From the IMG/VR virus record IMGVR_UViG_3300047160_026157: a DNA stretch of 64,000 nucleotides; one strand, given 5' to 3'. Below the pieces are notes generated by a model. The model did not search any database. It was given only the letters and a program-made list of their open reading frames with translations, and had not been told where the DNA came from. Of this stretch, positions 9,535 through 18,500 are shown piece after piece. The translations under genes and the position numbers were made by a program. Every line of letters starts with the position of its first letter. Positions within the stretch are counted from its first letter, which is position 1. This DNA comes from an uncultured virus (IMG/VR IMGVR_UViG_3300047160_026157) (Duplodnaviria > Heunggongvirae > Uroviricota > Caudoviricetes).

Positions 9535-10028
9535 TCGGTCTCCCTGGGGACCTCGGGCGGTTTGGCGAACAGTTTCAGGAGGTAGGCCCGGGCGGCCGCG
9601 TAGATCCCGGGCCGCTTCGACTCGCGCGGCCCGGCGACCATGAGCGTGCCGAAGTTGCCCAGGCCGAGCACCAGGCGGCGGACCGCTTTGGGGACCTCCA
9701 CGTCGGGGTCGAGGATCGCCACGGCCGTGGGGATGCCGTAGCGGCGGGCCAGCTCCATTGTCAGGCTGGTGCCGCCCGAGAGGACGTCCTCCCGGGCGGC
9801 GATCAGGACCAGCACGCCGTCGGCGGCCTTGACGTTGGCCGCTGTGCGCGCCGGGTAGCTGCCCCCGGTCATCTCGGTCATGTGGTAGACCGCGGGGATC
9901 GGCCCATCCTCGGCGAGGCGGCCGCGCGGGCAGAAGCCGCCGTGCTCGATGCCCAGCTCCCGGGCGGCGTCCAGTGCCGCCCGGTCCACGCCCGTTTGCC
10001 CGCCCGTGATGATCCTACTCGGGCGCAC
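9531..10028 (-). CDS. SLOG-family protein (YpsA-like / putative molybdenum carrier)
   Basis: IITGGQTGVDRAALDAA, GGFCPRGRLAEDG, YPART.ANV, VAGPRES. Confidence 0.85.
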   Translation of the reverse strand: MRPSRIITGGQTGVDRAALDAARELGIEHGGFCPRGRLAEDGPIPAVYHMTEMTGGSYPARTAANVKAADGVLVLIAAREDVLSGGTSLTMELARRYGIPTAVAILDPDVEVPKAVRRLVLGLGNFGTLMVAGPRESKRPGIYAAARAYLLKLFAKPPEVPRETE

Positions 10029-10221
10029 GCTTCACCTCCTCCAGCTTGCAGCCGGACCGGGCGGCCGCCTCGGCAAACTTCCGGAAGGCCCCCTCGACGC
10101 CGACCGTGCCGATCAGCTTGCCCAGGACGCGCAGCGTGTCGCCGGCGCACTCCTGGGCGTCGGGGCCGGGCCACTCGACCCGGATCGTGTATACCTCGTC
10201 GATGGTGACCATGAGCTTCAT
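10015..10221 (-). CDS. Hypothetical protein
   Basis: AGGAGG RBS. Confidence 0.6.
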   Translation of the reverse strand: MKLMVTIDEVYTIRVEWPGPDAQECAGDTLRVLGKLIGTVGVEGAFRKFAEAAARSGCKLEEVKRAPE

Positions 10222-10463
10222 CGGGGGTCCTCCTGGGCAACAGGGGGCTGACGCCCCCCGCTCTCCGGGGCGAGCATCGTGCGCGACAGCTCCACGGCCG
10301 GGCCGAGGCGCTTGACTACCAGGAAGCCTCGTCGTCCAGCTCCAGCTCGACCTGGGCCTGCACGCGGCGGCTGCCGACCTTGTGGACGCCGCGGCAGCCG
10401 GGCGTGGTGACCCGCTCCATGAGGTTCTCGTCGAACTCGATGGTGAAGCGTTTCCTGTACACC

Positions 10464-10814
10464 TCAGACCTCCTTTTGCAGGGTGTTGATCCTCTTGACG
10501 ACCTGGTTGAAATCGGCCTCGCTGAAGACGAACCAGCGGCCCGACTTGCCGAGCGTCTCGGCCCGGACGGCCATCTGGTAGGCGGAGAGGCACTGCTCGA
10601 AGAGGAAGCGGTCGGCCGCGGCCAGCGGCCCGGCCCGGGCCCGGTCCAGCAAGCGACTGAACAGGTCCAGGCACTCCTCGGTGCTCATGGGCGGCAGGGG
10701 CCGGGGCGTGAAGCCCTCCTCCGCCTGGCAGCGGGCCTGGTTCTCCTCCAGTCTGGTTTCCAGGTGCGGGATGACCCGCCGCAGCTCGTCCATCGTCCAG
10801 GGGGGCTGGATCAT
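10464..10814 (-). CDS. Hypothetical protein
   Basis: AAGGAG RBS; helical ORF. Confidence 0.65.
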   Translation of the reverse strand: MIQPPWTMDELRRVIPHLETRLEENQARCQAEEGFTPRPLPPMSTEECLDLFSRLLDRARAGPLAAADRFLFEQCLSAYQMAVRAETLGKSGRWFVFSEADFNQVVKRINTLQKEV

Positions 10815-11179
10815 CAATGACTCCTTCACCAGCAGATGTACTCCCGGGCCGGGTCGCCGCCCGGCCGGCGCCGGCCGCTCGCGGGGTGGCGGAACCAGCC
10901 TGACGGCTCCGCCTCCTCTGAGCCAGCCCAGGCCAGGAGCGCCGCGACCGCGGCCTCGGGGGACTCGTATCAGTAAGCGGTCTGGTAGCCTGTCGGGTCG
11001 ATCCCGACGAGCACCTGGGTGTTGTAGGGCCGCCGGCAAACGGCGGCGTAGCGGCCGTCGGGCAGGACCGTCGGGGCCCTGTAGCCGAACAGGGTGCAGA
11101 GGGCCAGGAACTCCGTCTCAGTCACCTTGGGGCTCCTCCGCCGGGGGACGGCATTCTCGCACGCCGTGGCCGCGTTTGC

Positions 11180-11383
11180 TTACTCAGCCGCCATCGACCC
11201 GCCCAGCGAGTCCGGGGCCCACTGCGCGGGCAGGAAGCCGCCCTTTCGGAGCCACTCGTCGAGCGCCAGGAGCAGCTCGGCGAGCATCTCGCCGAGGAAA
11301 GCCTGGTCGGGCAGGTGCTCCTGCCGCCGCGAGATCCGGCCGGCCAGGTCGAGGGCTTCTTTCAAGGTGGCGTTGGGGTCCAC
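11180..11383 (-). CDS. Hypothetical phage protein (MDPNATL...LDEWLRKGGFLP type)
   Basis: AAGGAG RBS; recurrent small phage family. Confidence 0.7.
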   Translation of the reverse strand: MDPNATLKEALDLAGRISRRQEHLPDQAFLGEMLAELLLALDEWLRKGGFLPAQWAPDSLGGSMAAE

Positions 11384-11395
11384 GGTCGTTCTCCT

Positions 11396-11725
11396 TCAGC
11401 TGGAGGCCAGGCCGGCGAAGAGCCAGTGGCCGTTCCCGAGGGCGACGCACACCGCCGCCCCCCACTTGTCGTCGTAGGTCCTGAAGGCGGCGGTCCAGTC
11501 GCGGTCGCTCATCTGAGCGGGCTTTCGCTCGCGCTCCAGGGCGTCGAGGAAGGCCCCCGGCGTCAGGCCGGCCGGCAGCACAACCTCGATGAAGGAGCGT
11601 TTCTCGGCAATGGTGCCGGTGTAGCCGCCGGCCCCGTAGTGGGCCCGGGCGTTGGCGACGGCGGCGCGGAAGGCTTGCTCGGCCGTCGCGCCCTGAGATT
11701 TCACAGCGAACTGTTCAGCACCCAT
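11396..11725 (-). CDS. Hypothetical phage protein
   Basis: GAGGAG RBS; MGA..F...GYTGTIAEK...DKWG.A...WLF.GLASS. Confidence 0.75.
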   Translation of the reverse strand: MGAEQFAVKSQGATAEQAFRAAVANARAHYGAGGYTGTIAEKRSFIEVVLPAGLTPGAFLDALERERKPAQMSDRDWTAAFRTYDDKWGAAVCVALGNGHWLFAGLASS

Positions 11726-11912
11726 CGTCGGTCTCCTCGGGGTAGTAGAAGGCGTATGCCTCCTCCGGGGTGTCGAAGTCGTCGGAGTCCACGTCGAACT
11801 CCGCCATGTCGTCGAACCGCTCCCAGTCGGTGTCGTCGTCCTCTGCCGGCTCGGCGGCCGGGATGTCGAAAGCCGGCGGGTAGTCAACCACGTAGTCGTA
11901 GACGAACGGCAT
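11715..11912 (-). CDS. Very acidic small protein (possible nucleic-acid mimic)
   Basis: GGAGG RBS; Asp/Glu- and aromatic-rich. Confidence 0.6.
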   Translation of the reverse strand: MPFVYDYVVDYPPAFDIPAAEPAEDDDTDWERFDDMAEFDVDSDDFDTPEEAYAFYYPEETDDGC

Positions 11913-11949
11913 TGTCCATCCTCCGAAGGGCGAGACGGGCGACGGGTGG

Positions 11950-12165
11950 TCAGTAGTCAGTCCGGGCGTCCTCTTCGGCATCCGTCACCAGGTGACGGGC
12001 GTCCCGCAGGGCGGTGAGCATGTCGTAGAGGTTCTTGGCGTCCCGGGCTTCCTCCAGCTTGCGCAGGGCCTGCCCGATGTAGACCCGGGCCTGTTCCATC
12101 TTGCCGTAGAAGGCCAGGAAAGCCTTCTGCCCTTCAGCGGTCGTCAGGTCGGGTTTGTCGATCAT
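11950..12165 (-). CDS. Hypothetical protein
   Basis: GGAG RBS. Confidence 0.65.
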   Translation of the reverse strand: MIDKPDLTTAEGQKAFLAFYGKMEQARVYIGQALRKLEEARDAKNLYDMLTALRDARHLVTDAEEDARTDY

Positions 12166-12225
12166 GGTTTCATCTCCAGGGGCGACACGGGCGACGGGCG
12201 AGTCAGCGGGTGAACTCCAGGTTGT

Positions 12226-12399
12226 TCATCGCGTGCCCCGGAGAAGGGCCCGCAGGAAGAGGTCGCGGGCCTCGGTGACCGTCAGGTTCCGCTCGTACCA
12301 GAGGCGGGTTTCCGCCTCGGTGGGCGCCCTTGTGGCTTTGGGCTCCAGGGCCCATAGCAGGTTGCGCCGCCAGGTGGTGTAGGTGCGGGTGGTGGTCAT
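12226..12399 (-). CDS. 57 aa first gene of the early operon; paralogue of an internal module of 20208..22052
   Basis: AGGAGG RBS; YTTWRRNLLWALE...ARDLFLR. Confidence 0.75.
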   Translation of the reverse strand: MTTTRTYTTWRRNLLWALEPKATRAPTEAETRLWYERNLTVTEARDLFLRALLRGTR

Positions 12400-12418
12400 C
12401 GTCTGGTCCTCCTGCCGG

Positions 12419-12488
12419 GGAGGGGGCCCGCCGGTCGGGCCCGCCGGGGTCTCCCTAAGTATATTCGCTCGCTGCGGACAATTCTTCA
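12419..12488 (-). promoter_or_regulatory. Early-type promoter plus GGGCCC hairpin leader
   Basis: Near-duplicate of 34651-34720. Confidence 0.65.
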
Positions 12489-12573
12489 AGCAAATTCGCG
12501 CGACTACACGGAAAAGCAAGTCAAACTGCGGCCCGCTTTGACCGCCCCGGGCCTGCCCCGGCACGCTGGGGCG

Positions 12574-15500
12574 ATGCCCGGGCTCTGTCAAACCGCCGAC
12601 GCCCTCCTCGCCGCGATCCTGGCCGACCCCTCCGAGGGCCTGTCCGCGGGCTCCCTGTCGCTCCTGGACGCCGTCTGCGCCGGCCCCCTCCAGTACGCCA
12701 GCTGGCACCACTACGAGGGCCCCCGCGGCGGCGTGGGCTGGGAGAACGAGCACGGCGACGTCGTCTACGGCGGCGACGCCCCGCCCGGCGAGCGTGGCGG
12801 CAAGAGGGCCGAGGAAGAGTTCCGGGGCGGCGCCCCGGCGGCCGCCGGGCCCGGGGGCGTCCGCGTGGCGCTGGCCCGGGTCGGCGAGATGGGCATGAAG
12901 GCGTTCGAGGGGGTCAACCATGTCCAGTCCCAGCTCGACAAGGTGGCCGTGGAGTTCGGCGAGGTCAAGCCCTTGATCGCCGAGCTGCCGGAGAAGTACC
13001 GGCCGATGGTCGCCGGCGTCTGGTGGGCGACCAAGCTGGCGACGAAGGCGGCCCTGGCGACTTACCTCCTGACCGAGCGGGCCGCCGAGCGGGTCGCCCT
13101 GTCCCGGGGCGCCAGCAAGGCCGTGGCCAAGGCCATTCGCGCGTTCGCCACCGCCATCGACGTGGTTGGTCTGCGGGTCGTGCCCATCATCCTTCAGGCC
13201 CACGGGGTCAGCCCGCTGGCTTCCCTGGCCGGGAGTCTGGTCCCGGTCGGCTCGGCCGCCTACCTGGCCTACGCCGTGGCACCCTTGGCCGTGCAGCTGG
13301 CTGGCAGGGCACTGCGGGCGGTCAAGGCATACGCCTCCGACGTCAAGGCGGCCTTCGGGTTCGCCGAGCCGCCGGGGATGACGATGGGGGCCGAGGAGAC
13401 GGGCCTCCAGCTCCAGCACGCCCGGAAGGCCAAAGGCGAGGACGCGGCCCTGGACGCGGCCCTGGACGCCGTCCTGCACCGCTTCGCGGAAGGGGTCGAG
13501 AAGCACGGCGAGTGGTTCGCGGCCCTGGCGTTCGCGGCCCTGTCGGTCTCGGAGACGGTCGATGACGCTCTGGACATGGCGGCGGAGATCGTCCAGGAAG
13601 AGGGTCCTCAGGGGCAGTACCTTCGCGGCCACCCCTTGCAGTTCGCCTGGAACCCCTACCACGGGCCGCGTGGCGGCGAGGGCTGGCAGAACGAGCAGGG
13701 CGACATTGTCTACGGCTCCACCCCGCCGGGCGAGAGAGGCGGCGGGAAGGCCGACGAGGCCCGCGGCTTCAAGAGCGGCCTGCGCAAGATCGCCCGGCTG
13801 GGCGGCAAGGCGTTCGCGGGCCTGGGCTACGCCGAGCACCAGGTCCAGCAGGTCGCCGGCGGCTTCTCGAAGTTCGTGGCGCCCCAGGTCGAGAAGCTGC
13901 CGCCGAAGCTCAGGGCCACCGTCAAGGGCATGTGGTGGCTCACCAAGCTGGGCCTGAAGACCTGGTTCTCCACGTACATCGCCGGCGAGCGAGCCTCGGA
14001 GGCGGTGGCCCGGCGGCTGGGCCTGTCGGACAAGGCGGCCCTGGCCGTGCGCGGCCTTGCCACCGGCATGGACGTGTTCGGCGCCAAGGCCGTGCCCCTG
14101 TCGCTGGAGCTGGCCGGCTTTGGCTTCTGGCCGGCGATGGGCGCCTCGATGATCCCGGTCGGCTCGGCGGCCTACCTCGCCTACGCCACGGCGCCCGGGG
14201 CCGTCCGGCTGGCCCGGAGGGCCCTGCGAGAGGTCCGCGACGCGGCCCGCGACATGAAGGAGGTCGGCAAGGCGGTCTTTGAGGAGTCGCCTCTGGGCTA
14301 CGCCCGCCTTGCCGGCCAGGAAGAAGACGGCCGGGCCGGGGCCCTGGAGGAGGTCCTGGAGCGCTTCGCCCGGGGCGCCCAGAAGTACGGCCAGTGGTAT
14401 GAGGCTTTGGCCTTCGCAGCCCTGTCGGTCACGAAGAGTGCCGGCCTTGCCCTCGACCTGGCCGAGCGGCTGGTGAAGGAGGGCGGCCGCAAGCGCTACG
14501 CCCGGCGGCCCGGGGAGCCGCACGACTACGGGACGGCGATGCTGATGCTGCCGGAGCCCCTCTCCCGCAAGCTCCTGGAGCTGGTCGCCCAGATCGACCC
14601 GGAGGACCTGGCCGAGGAGCCCGACGGCGAGCACCACATTACCGCCTTGCATGGCCTGCACGACGACGACCCCTTGCCGTTGCACCACGCCGTCCACGGC
14701 ATGGGGCCCGTCCGGATCAAGCTGGGCCCCCTCTCGACCTTCCCGCCCTCGGGGCACACGGGCGGCAAGGAGGTCCTGAAGGTCGAGGTGCAGGGTGACG
14801 ATGTCCACAAGTTACGGGACGCCCTGGCGGGGGTGACGGCCCACACCGACCACTTCCCCGAGGGCTTCAGGCCGCACATCACGCTGGCCTACCTGCACCC
14901 CGGCCGCGGCGGGCACTACACGGGCTCGCACCCCCTGGAGGGCACCGAGGTCGTCCTCGACCACCTGACGCTCTCGGACCGTCTGGGCGAGACGGTCGAT
15001 ATCCCCCTCCGGGAAGAGGAGATCCCCGACGACGAGGAAGAGGACGAGGAGTCGGGCAAGCACGCCCGCGACCGCCAGGGGGGCGAGGTTCCCGCCGAGC
15101 TGGACGTCGCCAAAGCTGCGGACCTGGTCACCTTCCCCGAGGCGGTCGAGGGCGCCAGCTGCGGCAACTGCATGTACGGGCCGGGCTCTGCCGGCGGCCC
15201 CTGCAAGCACCCCAGGCTGGACGGCACCCACGTCAACGACCGGATGTGCTGCTCCCTTTGGGACAAGCCTGGCACGCTAAGGGCCTGGGGGGAGATGCCC
15301 GGGGCCGGAGCGGAGCCCCTCCAGCACGCCCGGGAGGGCTTCCTGCTCCAGTACCAGTGGGAGCAGGACAAGCCGATGGGCACGTCCAAGACCGGCCTGG
15401 CGCTCCACAAGTGGGTGTGGAAGGGGGCCGGCGAGAAGAAGCGGCCGCGTATCCAGCACCGTGAGCCGGGCACCGGCCGGGCCCCAAGGGAGGCCGGCTG

Positions 15501-18500
15501 GGAGGGCCCGCCCAGGCCGCAAAAGCCCAAGGCTCCGACGCTCCAGGAAGTCGCCACGTCTTTGGCCAGCCTGAACCGCAAGGACGTGACCCAGGACCAC
15601 GTCAAGGCCGTGACGACCGCGCTTCTCTCGAAGACCAAGGCCCAGATGCACCAGCTCCGGGAGAACCTGCGGCTGGACGTCAGGGGCCTGAAGTCGGCGA
15701 CCAAGGACAAGCTCGCCCAGCGTCTGATCGACCACGTCCGGGGCTTCCACGCCCTGGCACCAACAGGAAAGGGGGCACCAAGTGCCGCTCAAGAAGGGCT
15801 CCAGCAAAGAGGTGGTGTCGGAGAACATCAAGGAGATGATCAAGTCCGGCCACCCGCAGAAGCAGGCCGTGGCGGCCAGCCTCAAGAAGGCGGGCAAGTC
15901 CAACAAGCCCAAGGGCAAAAAGTAGACCCCTGGGAGCGGGCAAAAGCACTACCCGCCCCCGAGAAGCTGCCCGAAGACCCGGGCCAGTATTTTAACCGCC
16001 CCTCGGGCACCATCGACGTCCCCCTCTCCCAGCTCAGGGCCACGCGGGCCCGGCCCGAGGGGATCGCCAACGCCGGCCGCTACATGGAGGCGGCCCGCCA
16101 GGGCATCCTCGGGAAGCGCGACCCGATCAAGGTGGTCAAGCAGCCCGACGGCAGCTACCTGGTCGCCGACGGCAACTCCACGTTCGCCAACGCCGAGAAG
16201 TCCGGCTGGAAGTCCATGCCGGTCCAGGAAGTCTCCCCCGAGTGGATGGAAGAGGAGAGGCAGCGGACCGTCGCCAAGGAGGACCAGAAGGCCCGGCAGA
16301 AGCTGGCCTCGGCGAGGCTCTTCACGCCCGAGGAGCAGGCGCTACCCCAGGAGCGGCCCAGCCTTGCCAGGAGCGAGGAAGACGCCTACGCCCACGCCGA
16401 GCGGGCCATGCCGGGCTTCCAGGAGATCCTGGACCGCGGCAAGGGGCTCTCCGCCCGCCTCGGCGGCCACGTCGTCACCGACTTCCAGAAGGCCCTGGGG
16501 GAGATGGAGTCTACCCCGGGGCCCTTCGTCATCATCGCCCCCCTGAAGGGCAAGGAGCGGGCCCGCGAGAAGGTCGGCGCCTGGTTCGGCAACGACTGGG
16601 GCCGGATGAACGACCTGGTCCGGGCCACCGTGGCCGTGGACGGCCCCGACGACGTGGCGAAGGCCGTCGAGGGTTTGAAGGCCGAGATGGGGGCGCACGG
16701 CTGGACGGTCAACCAGAAGCCGACCAACCGCTTCGAGAACCCCCTGCCGTCTGGCTACCGCGACATGTCCGTCACGGTCCGCTCGCCGGAGGGGATGACG
16801 GCCGAGGTGCAGATCAACACCAAGGCCATGATCCGGGCCAAGGAGGGCCCGGGCCACAAGCTCTACGAGCGGGCCCGCGCAATCGAGGGCAAGGCGGCCG
16901 TCGAGAAGCGTAAAATGACAGATGAGGAGACGGCGGAGTTCGAGCGGTTACAGGGCGAGATGGCCGGGCACTACAACGGGGCCTGGCATAAGGGACTGGG
17001 GGTGGAAGGTGCCAAACCAGCAGCCGGAGCGCAAGCCGGAGCCGGAGCAGCCGAAGGGGCAGGGGGCGGAGTATTACCTCCTGGACCAGGGGCAGCCGCT
17101 CCGGCGCCGGGAGCGGGGGGCGCTCCTGGAGGCCATGCGGGCGGACGGGACGTGGGCACACTGGAGCGACCCCAAGCGGCTGTGGGGGGAGGCCCAGCCG
17201 GTGAGCGAGCAGGAGTTCGCGGAGGCGGTCAAGGAGTGGCTCCGGCAGGGCCGCCGCCAGCAGCAGGGCCAGCAGGGCCAGCCGGCCCCGCCGGCGGCGC
17301 CGGGGGCCGGCCCGCCCCGGTAGGCTCGCCCCAGGAGGAAGCCGGCCTGCGTGACTACCTGGAAAAGGAGTTCAAGAAGCTCGGGCCGGGGACGGGCGGT
17401 TGGTTCGAGGGCACCTACCGCTCCTGGGCCACGAAGAAGGCGAAGGAGTACCGCGAGAAACAAGCGGCGGCCGCCCGGGCCGCCCCGAAGCCGGCGCCGG
17501 CCCCAGCCCCGGCGCCGGCCCGCCCGGCCCCGGCGGCGGCGGCGGGAGGAGAGCGGATGGCGCCCGCAGCACCTCGGGGGCCGGCCGTCCCTCCCGCCCC
17601 CGCGGCCGAAGGGACCTACGGCGTCCGGCCGCCCGAGGTGACGCCCCCGCCGCGGGCGCCCGCGGCCCCCCGGCAGGCCCGGGCGCCTCTGGCCGACCGG
17701 CTGGCCAGGATCCAGGAGCGTGAGAAGCAGGGCCGGGCGCCCTTCGCCGACATGCTGATCGCCAAGCTCAAGGAAGACAGGTTGGCGCCGGAGGGCACTA
17801 AACCCTCCGACGTGATCGGCGACCTGAAGCGCCTGGCCAGGGGCGACGCCCCCAAGTACCTGCCCCAGCACCTGCGCCAGGACCCGGCCGCCCTCGACAA
17901 AGCGCTCAAGGCCCTTGGCCCCGACTTCGGCCAGCTGTCGGCGAAAGAGCTGTACGACATCGCGCCCAGGATGACCTACCCCGAGCAGGCCGGCCAGGGC
18001 GTGGCCGGCCGCGAGGTGATCCAGCAGCGCTACCTGCCGGCCAACATCGGCGAGACGGTCGCCGCCAGGGAGCGCCCCGCTGCTACGACCCGGCCGGGCG
18101 CCGTCCCGGTCCCCGCCCGGCCCGAGCGGCCCCCTCAACCGGAGCCCCAAAGGCAGACGCAGCTGCCCCTGGCCGACCGCCTGGCGATGATGCAGGAGCG
18201 CGAGAAAGAGGGCAAGGCCCCCTTCGCCGACATGCTCATCACGCGCTTGAAAGACGACAAGCTGGTGCCCAAAGACATGCAGCCCGCGGAGGTGATTGCC
18301 GAGCTGAAGCGCTGGGCGGGGGGCAAGCAGACCACGACCCAGGGCCTGGCCACCAGGGCCAACAAGGAGAAGCTGGCCAGGGCCCTTCAGGCTCTGGGCC
18401 CCGACTTTGGCCGGCTCTCGACCAGCGAGCTGTTCAAGATCCTGCCGCACATGTCCTACCCCGAGCAGGCCGGCCAGGGGGTGGCCGGCCGCGAGGTGAT

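Noticed and set aside
12538..12573. TTG start of the giant ORF
   Set aside because: The TTG is part of the conserved TTGACC promoter box; ATG 12574 fits the geometry seen at other late genes (same reasoning for 38061 versus 38097)
12226..14808. 860 aa minus-strand ORF and other long antisense ORFs (17074..19221, 25861..28983, 30103..32610, 57635..59893)
   Set aside because: Antisense shadows of GC3-rich genes with no motifs; only the last 57 codons of 12226..14808 have an RBS and a paralogue
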